63,373 nucleotides of DNA, filler included, from Deltaproteobacteria bacterium (GCA_016283195.1; 8 parts of 8 records of this genome joined end to end with filler, not necessarily neighbours in it), one strand, 5' to 3'. Counted from the first letter of the whole stretch, positions 18,180-28,177 are shown. Translations and numbers: made by a program. Notes: a model not told the origin generated them from the letters alone.

Positions 18180-19715
18180 AGCGTTTTTTCTTTATTTTTT
18201 GCGCTATTTCCTTTTTATCTCTGCCGCTGGCCAAAGCTATCGATCAAGCAGAACCATTAGCCTGTGACAGTAAAAATCCCACTTATTACCCGCGCGGGGA
18301 TCACTGGGCCAAAGATCCTTCGGGAACAGCCAGGGAATACCATATTCAAAAAGACGGTATTTCCAATCTTTCTTTAAATGCCGTTAAAACAGCTATAGAT
18401 TCGGCTTTTAATTACTGGGCAAGTGTGCGCTGCAATAATGACGGCAACAATAATGAGCCTTTAAATATTGCTTGGAAAAGAGGTAGCGATTATTTAACAA
18501 AAGATCGCGGTGATGACACCGAAAAGCTTGATTTTAATCATGTTATTTATTTTATAAACGATGCCAGTACTTGGCAAAAAGCCACCGGTGCCGATAGTCT
18601 CACTATTGCTCTCGCCACCAATTTGCACTTTACAACCACCGGCTATGTGGTGAGCTCCGATATCGAATTTAACGCCGGCAGCTTTGCTTTTAGAGTAAAC
18701 GGCTCAGGTTGCCAGGCCAATCAGTCCAAACCTCTTTGCTATGATTTAACTACCATTGCTACTCATGAAGTCGGTCACTGGCTCGGTTTTAACCATGTAA
18801 ATTGCACCGATGCCGTGATGTACCCCACAGCCACAACCACTAAAACTATGGGCTCGTCGCTGCCGGCTCATGAAGCTCTTGGTGCTTGCAAAGTTTATAA
18901 TGCTCTTCCAAAAGATAATTCTTACAGCGCCCGCTGGGGTGAGGCCTGCAACCAAAACAGTGAATGCCCCGGCGGCCTTTGTATTGCCGAAGAAATCGGC
19001 AGCAATATTTATGGCTATTGCAGTAAATCCTGCACTAAAGATGCCGACTGCCCGGAAGCTTATGTTTGCGCTAATGTGGAAGGTATTAAGTTTTGTAAAC
19101 CCGGCCACCGCTTTGGCGGAGGAAGCAATAGCGGAAATAACGGCAACAGCACTCACGGCGATTCCACCAATTATGCCGATGATCTTTGCAAAAGTTGCAA
19201 TAGCGGCGCCGATTGCGCTTCGGAATTTTGTGTTCTTTCCACCGATGGTGAGCATGCTTATTGTTCAAAAACCTGTAAACCGGGCGACACCACTGGCGCC
19301 TTTGGCTGCCCAAGCGGCTACAACTGTTTAAAACTTGAGGGCTCAAATGATAACGGCGCTTGCTGGCCAGCAGGCGGCAAATGCGCGGAAAATAGTGCGC
19401 CGCCTTCGGTTGATTACTGCGGCATTAATGAAATGTGCCGCAATTATAACGGCACGCCCAATGATTTTTCCGATGACTCTGTTTGCGCCTGTGAGAGCAG
19501 CCTGGTTTGTTTTGGCTTCCGCAATTTCGGCGAATGTGTACCTCTTTGCGGTGATGGTATCTCCTGTCCCGGAGCTAACCACACCTGCTGCTATGCCATT
19601 GATGCTTACGGCAACTGTATAACCAGCGGCAAAGCCGGGGAATATGGCGGCTGCTTTGATTTGCGCGATGAAAACGAAACATGCCTTAGAGGTGATGAAT
19701 CAATTTGCTCTGAGG
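18176..19715 (+). CDS. Matrixin (M10)-like zinc metalloprotease with Cys-rich C-terminal repeats, 3' truncated
   Basis: SDIEFN, ATHEVGHWLGFNH (HExxHxxGxxH), AVMYP Met-turn, C..D.DCP..Y.C repeats; runs into the linker. Confidence 0.9.
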
Positions 19716-19815
19716 NNNNNNNNNNNNNNNNNNNNNNNNNNNNNNNNNNNNNNNNNNNNTTAATTAATTAANNNNNNNNNNNNNNNNNNNNNNNNNNNNN
19801 NNNNNNNNNNNNNNN
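19716..19815. other. Artificial contig linker
   Basis: N44-TTAATTAATTAA-N44, stop codons in all six frames. Confidence 0.99.
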
Positions 19816-20311
19816 TGATTATATTTTGGGCTTTCCCAATAAAGAGGTGCGCATCGGCTTTTTAAAGGGGCTCATGCCTTATTATTCGGCTACCAGCAGA
19901 AACAGTAACGAAGTCTTCTTGCAAAAGCTCACCCGCTTTTTTAAAAAAGGCGAAGTGGATGCGGCAATGGAGCTTTTACGCGCCTTTTTTGCTTCTATCC
20001 CCTACGATGCCGAAAAGCAGGACGAAAACCATTATAAAACCATATTTTACCTTATCTTTCGCCTGGCTGCCGCCTTTAATGTAAGGACAGAAGAGCGCAC
20101 TTCCGCCGGGCGCATAGATGCTCTTATTGAAACTAAGGACACCGTTTATCTCTTTGAATTTAAACTATCTGGCACAGCCGAAGAAGCTTTAAAGCAGATA
20201 GATGACAAAGGCTATGCCATAAAATATGCGGCCGGAGAGAAAAAGGTGGTTAAAATCGGCGTTAATTTTGATAAAGAGAAGCGCACTACCAATCGCTGGG
20301 TAATTGGGTGA
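19816..20311 (+). CDS. AAA-ATPase/PD-(D/E)XK nuclease family protein, C-terminal fragment
   Basis: LGFPNKEV, ENHY, GRIDALIE...YLFEFK, ALKQI..KGYA, KIGVNF. Confidence 0.88.
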
Positions 20312-20620
20312 AATTTTCCTAAAAAACGCTGGCTGGGTGGCAAAAATCTTAGTGGAAGCTCTTAACACTTAGACTTACTTTAAGTGATTAAGATTCGTTC
20401 TGCACTCACAATGGCCGGCAGCTTCTCGCCTGGGAATTTTAGACACAGTTTTTAAAAAAACTTGCCATTTTTATTTTTTTAGAGCGAGCGCCTTTTGGGA
20501 ATGGCAACCTGCATAATAATTTAGAACTCTCTTGTAAATTACTGAAAATAGGGTAATAAGACTTTGCGTATTGCGCCCGGCGGCCTTTTAGAGGCTTTGC
20601 TCACGGGCAAGGAGGAAACA

Positions 20621-21532
20621 GTGGTAAAAGCACTTAAAAATGCTCCGACTTTTCAAGAGGTTATAATGACCTTGCAAAATTATTGGGCCAGTAAAGGTTG
20701 TTTGGTGGTTCAGCCGACCGGCCTCGAAGTTGGTGCCGGAACTTTTAACCCCCATACTTTTTTGCGCGCTTTAGGGCCGGAGCCCTGGGGTGTGGCCTAT
20801 GTGGAGCCTTCCCGCCGCCCAACAGACGGGCGCTACGGTGATAACCCCAACCGCCTGCAACACTATTACCAGTTTCAGGTTGGTATTAAACCGGCGCCGG
20901 AAAATGTGCAGCAATTATATTTAGACAGCCTGGCCGCCATTGGCCTGGATCCTAAAAAGCATGATATCCGCTTTGTGGAAGACGATTGGGAATCGCCTAC
21001 TTTAGGCGCTTGGGGGATTGGCTGGGAAGTTTGGTGCGACGGCATGGAAATATCGCAATTTACCTACTTCCAGCAATGCGGCGGCATTGATTTGGCCCCC
21101 ATTACCTGTGAGATGACCTATGGCCTCGAGCGTATTACCATGTATTTGCAAGAGGTTGATTCGGTCTTTGATATAAAGTGGAACGACAAAGTTACTTACG
21201 GTGATGTGCACCACCGCGGCGAAGTGGAATTTTCCACTTATAATTTTGAAAAGGCCGATGTCGATATGCACCTAAAGCTCTTTGCTATGTATGAAGAAGA
21301 GAGCAAAAAGATGATAGCCGCCGGCTTGCCGCTGCCTGCTTATGACTGCTGCCTGCGCTGTAGCCACACTTTTAATATTTTAGATGCGCGCGGGGCTATT
21401 TCGGTAACCGAGCGTCAGGCCTATATCGGCCGGGTGCGGGCTCTTGCCAAGGGCTGTGCCGAAGCTTATCTCAAAGTGCGCGAAGAACTTGGCTATCCGC
21501 TGCTCAAAAAAGCCGCCGCCAAAGAAGAATAA
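20621..21532 (+). CDS. glyQ: Glycine-tRNA ligase alpha subunit
   Basis: [55 protein letters not shown] before GTG. Confidence 0.98.
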   Translation: MVKALKNAPTFQEVIMTLQNYWASKGCLVVQPTGLEVGAGTFNPHTFLRALGPEPWGVAYVEPSRRPTDGRYGDNPNRLQHYYQFQVGIKPAPENVQQLYLDSLAAIGLDPKKHDIRFVEDDWESPTLGAWGIGWEVWCDGMEISQFTYFQQCGGIDLAPITCEMTYGLERITMYLQEVDSVFDIKWNDKVTYGDVHHRGEVEFSTYNFEKADVDMHLKLFAMYEEESKKMIAAGLPLPAYDCCLRCSHTFNILDARGAISVTERQAYIGRVRALAKGCAEAYLKVREELGYPLLKKAAAKEE

Positions 21533-21547
21533 TGAAGGAGTAACAAC

Positions 21548-23797
21548 GTGGAAAGCGAACTCTTTTTTGAAATCGGCACCGAAGAATTGCCGCCTAAATT
21601 TATCGCAACAGCTTCCGAATATTTAAAAAATACTTTTTTGGCCAAGATGGCCGAGCGCGGCCTTGATACAACAAAGTGGCAAGCGCTCGCTCTGGGCACT
21701 CCGCGCCGCCTGGCTTTAGTGGTAAAAGGTATGCCGGAAAAGCAGGAAGACGCTATAGAAGAGCTCATTGGCCCGCCGGCCAAAGTGGCTTTTGCCGCCG
21801 ACGGCTCGCTCACCAAAGCGGCGCTTGGTTTTTGCAAGAGCAAAGGAGTTGATCCGGCCGGCGCTTATAAAGCGGTAACTCCCAAAGGTGAGTATTTAGC
21901 TCTAAAAATAGAGCGCAAAGGTGCTTTATTAAAAGACCTTATTGCTCCGGTGCTCCATGAAACCCTGCACACTATGCCAGCGCCCAAGATGATGCGCTGG
22001 GGCGATGGCGTGCATCAATTTGTGCGCCCGGTGCATCGCCTCCTGGCTATCTTTAATGGCTCTGTCATTCCTCTTGAATTTCAAGGTGTTACCTCTGGCA
22101 ATATGAGTGCCGGCCACCGTCTTATGGCGCCGGAGGCCTTTAAAGTGAGCGATTTTAAAGGCTATATTGAGGCGGCTCTTTCTCATAGCGTTATTCCTTA
22201 CCGCGAGCGCGCCGACCTTAACGGCTTTATGGCGGAAAAAGATTTACCAGCCGGACGCCAAGAGGTGATAATAGCCGGGCTCAATAAGCTGGCCGCCGAT
22301 TTAAAAGCCGATGTTTACGGTATGAAGAGCGCCGGGAACGATCCGCTTTTGGTGGAGCACTATTACACCACACTTTTAAATGAAGTGTCGCAAATGACCG
22401 AGTTCCCCAAAGTGGTTTTAGGCAGTTTTAGTGCCGATTTTTTGCGCCTCCCGAAAGAGGTTATTTTGAGCGAGCTCAGAGACAACCAGCGCTGCTTTGC
22501 TTTTGTTGATGCCGAGGGCAAACTTTTGCCCAATTTTGCTGCTGTTGCCGATAACGGCTCGGCCGAAGAAGAGACTATCCGCCGTGGTAATCAAAGAGTT
22601 ATTAGAGCTCGCCTCTCCGATGCCGCTTACTTCTTTGATCTTGATCTCAAAACGCCGCTCAAAGATTTAGTGCCAGCCCTTAAAGGCATTATTTTCCAGC
22701 GCCAACTGGGCACTGTTTATGAGCGCAGCGAGCGGGTGGCGGCTCTGGCTATCGCCATTGGCGCCGATATGGATTTTTGCAACCCCCTGGCCGCCGGCGA
22801 AGATGTTGCTGCCTTTGTGCAAGATGCTAAATTAGAAGGAGCTGATAAAAAGCTCAAACTGAAATACCAAGTGGGGCGGGCCGCTCTTTTGGCTAAAGCC
22901 GACCTGGTCACCAAAATGGTGGGCGAATTCCCCGAATTGCAAGGTATTATGGGGCGCGAATATGCGCAGCACAACGGTGAATCACCAGATGTTTCCCTGG
23001 CCATCGCCGACCACTATCGGCCGCGTTTTGCCGGTGATCCTCTGCCGGCCGGGCGGGTGGGCGATTTAGTGGCTATAGCTGATAAGCTCGATATTATTTG
23101 CGGCATTATCGGCATTGGCAAAAAGCCGAGCGGCAGTGCCGACCCCTTTGCTCTGCGCCGCGCCGCCGGCGGTATTCTGCGTATTTTGGTGGAAAAGGAA
23201 TTGTTCTTAAATATTAATGATTTAATTAAAAAATCTGTGGCTCTTTTAGCCGGCAAAATCACCCGCCCGGCCGCCGAAGTAGAGGCCGATGTGCTCTCCT
23301 TCTTCATCGACCGCTTTAAAAATGCCAAATTTGTGGAAGGCATAGCCGCCGAGGCGGTAAATGCGGTGATTAAGGCTGATTTTTCGGTGCCTTATGATGC
23401 TTATTGCCGCTTAAAAGCCCTAAGCGATGTTTACGGCGAAGAGAGCTTTGCCCCGGTAGTTACCACCTTCCGCCGCGTTTATAATATCATCCAGGACAAT
23501 GTGCCGCAGGGCGAAGTGGATAGCATTCACTTTAAGCATGATTCGGAAAATACTCTCATGCAGGCCACGAGAGCTATGGCCAAACAGGTTGCGGCTCGTT
23601 TAACCACTATCAGTGCGGCAGCTTATAAAGAGGTCTTTGCTGATATGGCCGCCCTCAAAAAAGATGTCGATAACTTCTTTGATAATGTCATGGTCAATGC
23701 CGACGACCCAGCCGTAAAAGATAATCGTCGCCGTCTTTTGCGCGATGTGGCAGCTCTCTTTAATAAAATAGCTGATTTTAGCGAATTGCACGCCTGA
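21548..23797 (+). CDS. glyS: Glycine-tRNA ligase beta subunit
   Basis: EIGTEELP, TPRRLA, MRWG, FVRP, RARLSDA, EFPELQG.MG, GSADPFALRR. Confidence 0.97.
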   Translation: MESELFFEIGTEELPPKFIATASEYLKNTFLAKMAERGLDTTKWQALALGTPRRLALVVKGMPEKQEDAIEELIGPPAKVAFAADGSLTKAALGFCKSKGVDPAGAYKAVTPKGEYLALKIERKGALLKDLIAPVLHETLHTMPAPKMMRWGDGVHQFVRPVHRLLAIFNGSVIPLEFQGVTSGNMSAGHRLMAPEAFKVSDFKGYIEAALSHSVIPYRERADLNGFMAEKDLPAGRQEVIIAGLNKLAADLKADVYGMKSAGNDPLLVEHYYTTLLNEVSQMTEFPKVVLGSFSADFLRLPKEVILSELRDNQRCFAFVDAEGKLLPNFAAVADNGSAEEETIRRGNQRVIRARLSDAAYFFDLDLKTPLKDLVPALKGIIFQRQLGTVYERSERVAALAIAIGADMDFCNPLAAGEDVAAFVQDAKLEGADKKLKLKYQVGRAALLAKADLVTKMVGEFPELQGIMGREYAQHNGESPDVSLAIADHYRPRFAGDPLPAGRVGDLVAIADKLDIICGIIGIGKKPSGSADPFALRRAAGGILRILVEKELFLNINDLIKKSVALLAGKITRPAAEVEADVLSFFIDRFKNAKFVEGIAAEAVNAVIKADFSVPYDAYCRLKALSDVYGEESFAPVVTTFRRVYNIIQDNVPQGEVDSIHFKHDSENTLMQATRAMAKQVAARLTTISAAAYKEVFADMAALKKDVDNFFDNVMVNADDPAVKDNRRRLLRDVAALFNKIADFSELHA

Positions 23798-23806
23798 GCT
23801 GCCATT

Positions 23807-23878
23807 GCCCTCACCCTCTCAATCAGTGGTAATTATTGAAAATTTCCCTCTCCATTCTTTTTACAAATAAGGAGGGAG
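23807..23878. repeat. Family C repeat at the islet edge after glyS
   Basis: Near-identical to rc of 7199-7265. Confidence 0.8.
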
Positions 23879-23991
23879 TCAGCTATTTGGATTTATATGC
23901 TTTTCATAAATGGTAACCAAGCTAGAGTTTGGGAAAAATTTATTTTTTATTAGGTTTTGTGAAGAGAATAGCGAGATTTATTGCCGGAAAA

Positions 23992-24260
23992 TTACTGTAA
24001 TCTTTTCCACAAATGGTTATTACTTTGTGAGCATCCTCTCATAGGGGGCGTTTCCCCATTTGTTACGCGTTGTTGGCCGCAATAGCGACAATACCATTGC
24101 ACGGCACTAACATTATGCTGCTGCCCCTCCTCGGCATTTAGCTCATGCACATGGGTATGATTGTGGTGGGGAGCTACCGGTTCAGCTTGTGGTGCTTCAC
24201 TGGGAGTGAAGGCATAAGCAGCGGAAGCAACACCCAGAACTACTGCCAGAGAGATGATTT
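23992..24260 (-). pseudogene. Small secreted His-rich/CxxC protein apparently lacking its start codon
   Basis: IISLAVVLGVASAAYA signal-like segment, HHNHTHVH, WYCRYCG...GC....H.W. The AAGGAG RBS is followed by CAAAATCATC with no ATG. The longer ORF call runs through repeat A. Confidence 0.55.
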
Positions 24261-24269
24261 TGCTCCTTT

Positions 24270-24510
24270 TGCCCAGTGGTGTCCGGCTCAAAATGGCGCG
24301 ATCCGCCCGCCTGCGGCGGGCGGCAATTTGCCCCCCAAATTGCGCCATCCCCCCAAGCCTTACTTGCCGACCTAGCGGCAAAGCAGCCATTTTACCCAAT
24401 ACGTGGAAAACGTGCCTTTTGCGAGGATTCTTAAGGGAACGCATTCCCTTAATCTTCACCAATTTCTACTATCTTGCTTCTTGGCCAGCTAGGCAGGTTT
24501 GTGCTAGAAT
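24270..24510. repeat. Modular intergenic repeat, family A, copy 3 (inverted)
   Basis: Perfect hairpin CCGCCCGCC-TGC-GGCGGGCGG (24303-24323); palindrome at 24431-24452; ends in TGTGCTAGAAT. Confidence 0.9.
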
Positions 24511-24535
24511 ACAGCTTGGAATTGGAGGTGCTAAA

Positions 24536-24769
24536 ATGCTGGCAACGGCTAAAGGATACTACAATGGTTCCAAAATAGTGCTGAATACGCCTGTTGATTT
24601 TGAGCGTGGGCAGGAAGTCTTGATTACTTACACCATATTGCATTCCACCAACCAAAAAGCATCACCTAGCGACGAAGTTGAGTGCTTAATTGGAGCAATT
24701 CCCGATAGCAGGAAAACTTTGGCCGATTACCGGGCGGAACGGTTGGAAAAATATGCGCATATTGATTGA
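24536..24769 (+). CDS. Putative antitoxin upstream of the PIN toxin
   Basis: 77 aa; GGAGG RBS; KGYYNG..IVL...GQEV.IT N-terminus; overlaps the PIN gene. Confidence 0.8.
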   Translation: MLATAKGYYNGSKIVLNTPVDFERGQEVLITYTILHSTNQKASPSDEVECLIGAIPDSRKTLADYRAERLEKYAHID

Positions 24770-25166
24770 TACTAATGTTTTGCTCGATGTTTTGCTAAAC
24801 AGGGCCGAATTTGTACAGCCGGCAGTAGATGTTTTGAAAATTTCCGAGTTACAGAAATACGTTTCTGCTTCTGCAGTGACAGATATTTATTACATAGCCT
24901 ATCGTGAATTGCGTGATAAAGTAGCTGTGAAAAATCTTATAAAGCGGCTGATTCATGTTGTGAAAGTTGCTGCTGTCTCGGAAGATGAAATTCTTTATGC
25001 CTTGGAGGTCGACTGGAACGATTTTGAAGATTCTGTACAAAACGCAGTAGCAGAATTTAATTCGTTTGATGCAATAATTACGCGGAATAAAAATGATTTT
25101 AAGAAATCTTCTGTTCCGATCTTTTCGCCGCAAGAGTTCTTAGAAACATATACATTTAAAGTATAA
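24753..25166 (+). CDS. PIN-domain (VapC-like) toxin
   Basis: MRILIDTNVLLD, TDIYY, DFEDSVQ, IITRN..DF. Confidence 0.92.
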   Translation: MRILIDTNVLLDVLLNRAEFVQPAVDVLKISELQKYVSASAVTDIYYIAYRELRDKVAVKNLIKRLIHVVKVAAVSEDEILYALEVDWNDFEDSVQNAVAEFNSFDAIITRNKNDFKKSSVPIFSPQEFLETYTFKV

Positions 25167-25167
25167 C

Positions 25168-25262
25168 TGCCAAGCGGCGCCAGGTTCAAAAACTGTGCGA
25201 ATCTCCGCCTGCGGCGGCCCTTACCATCGAGCCCAGGTGAGTGCCGGGGCGAGAGCCCCGTT
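25168..25262. repeat. Short family A core joined to a partial GCCGGGGCG.GAGCCCCGG block
   Basis: Matches 62038-62092, 24270-24323 and 6962-6995. Confidence 0.7.
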
Positions 25263-25357
25263 TTTTATCGCTAAAAATGACCAGCTGTGTTAGATTGGCA
25301 CTTACGGTATAAGACGCACAGGAAACCGTTATAAACGATATCAAGATGGGGAAGATG

Positions 25358-26215
25358 CTGATGAATAAGGTAAAAATTTTTGAAAACAAGAATATCCGCA
25401 CTGCCTGGAACGAAGAAGAAGAGGAATGGTATTTTTCCGTAGTGGATGTGTGTTGGGTGCTTGTTGATAGCCCAGATTATACAACAGCCAGAAAATACTG
25501 GAATAAACTCAAGCAACGTTTAAAAGCTGAGGGTAGTGAGTTGGTGACAAGTTGTCACCAACTGAAACTTCTGGCTTCTGACGGTAAAAACTATTCAACA
25601 GATGTTTTAGATACCAAAGGTATTTTTCGTCTTATCCAGTCCATCCCGTCGCCCAAGGCAGAGCCATTTAAAATATGGCTGGCCCAGGTAGGTGCCGAGC
25701 GCCTTGATGAAATAGCCGACCCGGAAAAGGCCATAAAACGAGCAGCGGATTTTTACCGGGCCAAAGGTTATACCGAGGGCTGGATAAATCAGCGGCTGCA
25801 AACGATTGAAATGCGTAAAGAGCTAACAGATGAATGGAAAGCGCGAGGTATAGACAGCGAAAAGGATTATGCTATTTTAACCAATGAAATGACCAAAGCC
25901 TGGAGTGGCCTTAGTGTAAAAGAATATAAAAATCTAAAGGGCCTAAAAAAAGAGAATTTGCGCGACAATATGACCAACCTGGAGCTGGTTTTGAATATGC
26001 TGGCCGAAGTCAGTACCACAGCCATCTCCAAAAGCCGCGAGCCACAAAGTTTTAAACAAAATGTAGAAGTGGCCAAAGAGGGCGGGGCTGTGGCCAAAAA
26101 TACCCGAAGTGATATTGAAAAACGCATTGGAAAATCAGTTGTTTCACCTTTGAATGCCAAAGATAAACCAGCTCTTGAAGTGCATGACGTAAGGTCTCTT
26201 GAAGAGAAAAAATGA
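25358..26215 (+). CDS. BRO-N domain / phage antirepressor-like protein
   Basis: IRTAW...EEWYFSVVDV, KYWNKLKQRL, RLIQSIPSPKAEPFK.WLA, LRDNMT..EL; exact start uncertain. Confidence 0.9.
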   Translation: MMNKVKIFENKNIRTAWNEEEEEWYFSVVDVCWVLVDSPDYTTARKYWNKLKQRLKAEGSELVTSCHQLKLLASDGKNYSTDVLDTKGIFRLIQSIPSPKAEPFKIWLAQVGAERLDEIADPEKAIKRAADFYRAKGYTEGWINQRLQTIEMRKELTDEWKARGIDSEKDYAILTNEMTKAWSGLSVKEYKNLKGLKKENLRDNMTNLELVLNMLAEVSTTAISKSREPQSFKQNVEVAKEGGAVAKNTRSDIEKRIGKSVVSPLNAKDKPALEVHDVRSLEEKK

Positions 26216-26299
26216 GCTTAAATAGCAGCGTTTGCCATCTCTACATTTTTAAAAATAAAGCAACCTGTTTTGCGGAAATTGATGTGAAATTGCTTGATT

Positions 26300-26348
26300 A
26301 GGAGAAATTGCGCACCATGCGGCGAAAGCCGTGTGGTGTATTTATTTA
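26300..26348. repeat. Hairpin repeat family B, copy 2
   Basis: CACCATGCGGC-GAAA-GCCGTGTGGTG; rc of 1647-1690. Confidence 0.8.
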
Positions 26349-26355
26349 TGAAAGA

Positions 26356-27321
26356 TTAGTCTTTGAGACAACGAACGGAGAAACCGTGAGACGTAGAGTA
26401 GGTGTTCACGCGTGCCTCATTTTTGCTTATGAACAGGTCGTAGGCTTCGTTCGAAGCAACGTCGTCCTTTGGCGTAGAATGCCAGAAGAAGGCGTTGTCC
26501 CCGAAACCATTATAAGCGCCATTTGTGCTGCTACTTAAGAAGCAGCCGGCGGGTAGGGCCCCAAAGGCTAAAATATCAGCGCCGTTACTCCAGCTTGATG
26601 CCCGCAGATTTTGCGAACGTTCCAAATTCGAAGTGCCAACTGCATTTAAGAGACTGTCAAAATCCTCTTTGCTCGGTAAATGCCAGCCATCTGGGCAAAC
26701 TTTCATGGCATCTTCCCAGCTGTAGAGACAGCCGTAATGTTCCACAAAATCCGGATCGGCTTCGGTGTTGGCATAGCAAATGACCGAGTTGCCGTCGGTG
26801 GCTGTGTCGCTGGCCATATTCTCGGCCATCCATTCTTGGCCATTAATTACTGTGGTTTTGTAAGTTTTTCCGTTGGCGTCAGCCATGTAACTAAGCGCAA
26901 GTACAGAACAATCTTGGCCGGTGTAACCTCTGGAACAAGAACATTCACCGTTGCCGTTTAGGCCGTCATTGCAAGTACCATGCTCGCATGAGCAGGCTTC
27001 ACACTCCGCTCCAAAGTAGCCGGCATTGCAAAAGAGATAGCCGCCATTGCCATTGGGTAAGCCATTGGCACCAGGTAGATTTTCCGGGCTATAGATGACA
27101 TAGGATGAGCCATCGGCCGGGCAAATGACAATGCCGTGGTCGGCATCTTTTTTCACTACATAACAGCCTTCACCGTCTCTCCCCGGCTGGCCGTCACTGC
27201 CGGCATCGCCTTTGAGTCCTTGCGGGCCTTGCTTGCCCTCTGGGCCTTGCTCACCGGCGCCGCCGCAGGCAGCTAGGGCTAGAGTTAACACTACTGAGAC
27301 TAAGAGATTACACTTTTTCAT
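26356..27321 (-). CDS. Lipoprotein with collagen-like GXX triplets, EGF-like repeats and a FISUMP domain
   Basis: AAGGAG RBS; lipobox LAAC; GEQGPEGKQGPQGLKGDAG; C.HG.C..G..G.G.C.C..GY.G..C; FISUMP motifs. Confidence 0.92.
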   Translation of the reverse strand: MKKCNLLVSVVLTLALAACGGAGEQGPEGKQGPQGLKGDAGSDGQPGRDGEGCYVVKKDADHGIVICPADGSSYVIYSPENLPGANGLPNGNGGYLFCNAGYFGAECEACSCEHGTCNDGLNGNGECSCSRGYTGQDCSVLALSYMADANGKTYKTTVINGQEWMAENMASDTATDGNSVICYANTEADPDFVEHYGCLYSWEDAMKVCPDGWHLPSKEDFDSLLNAVGTSNLERSQNLRASSWSNGADILAFGALPAGCFLSSSTNGAYNGFGDNAFFWHSTPKDDVASNEAYDLFISKNEARVNTYSTSHGFSVRCLKD

Positions 27322-27510
27322 ACTGCGCTCCTTGTGCCAATGGGCACGGAAAAATGGTTTAGGTATTTTCAATACCTAATATACAGGGTACCCTGTAAAA
27401 TTTTGAAAAATAGGCGCGATCGCCCGCCTGCGGCGGGCGCCACTATGCCCTCAGTTGCGCTGCCTCCAATCTTGCCTCTTGGCCGCTAGGCCCTAAATGT
27501 GCTAAAATAT
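27322..27510. repeat. Modular intergenic repeat, family A, copy 4 (inverted, short form)
   Basis: TACAGGGTACCCTGTA (27382-27397); core hairpin 27421-27439; ends in TGTGCTAAAAT; lacks the central blocks. Confidence 0.88.
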
Positions 27511-27642
27511 TTGCCGTGTTTGGAGGACTCAATGGCTTCACGCAAGAAACTTAGTAATATTAGTAAATTACCGCCGCTTACTCCCTCACCCCGCCGCTAT
27601 GCGGTAACTAACAACATTTTTACAGTTTGAGAGGAGTTAACT

Positions 27643-27909
27643 ATGCCAATTTTAAGCATGTTTTACGGAATAATTGTGAGAATGTATAGAGAAGCAGGCG
27701 GAAAGCATAATGTTCCGCATATACACGCCGAATATTCAGAACAAGAGGTGGTGGTTACATTTGACGGCGAAGTATTGGAAGGTGAAATTCCTAAGAACAA
27801 ATTTAAACTTCTTTTAGCCTGGATAGAAATACATAAAGAAGAATTGGCGGCGAATTGGAAGATTCTTTCGGAGGGAGAGCAATTCTTTAAAATTGAGCCG
27901 CTAAAATAA
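27643..27909 (+). CDS. DUF4160 domain protein (putative TA toxin)
   Basis: MP.LSMFYGIIVRMY...H..PHIHAEY...W...H..EL..NW...IEPL. Confidence 0.92.
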   Translation: MPILSMFYGIIVRMYREAGGKHNVPHIHAEYSEQEVVVTFDGEVLEGEIPKNKFKLLLAWIEIHKEELAANWKILSEGEQFFKIEPLK

Positions 27910-27923
27910 AAAAGGAGCTTACC

Positions 27924-28172
27924 ATGTTACAGCCAAAAATAATAATGCTCCGCGCTGAAGCACCATATAAGCTATATATAGAATACGAAACAGGAGAAAA
28001 GAAGCTCTTTGATGTGGCGCCTTATATTTCCGGCAACTGGTATGGTGAATTAAAAGATGAAGAGTATTTTAGAACAGTTACGGTTTTGCCTGGTGGTAAT
28101 GGCATAGAGTGGAAACACGGGCAGGATATAGCACCGCACGAGCTATATGAAATGAGTAAGCCAATTAGTTGA
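27924..28172 (+). CDS. DUF2442 domain protein (putative TA antitoxin)
   Basis: YKL.IEYETGE.KLFD...IEW..GQDIAP..LYE; paired with DUF4160. Confidence 0.92.
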   Translation: MLQPKIIMLRAEAPYKLYIEYETGEKKLFDVAPYISGNWYGELKDEEYFRTVTVLPGGNGIEWKHGQDIAPHELYEMSKPIS

Positions 28173-28177
28173 GAGTT

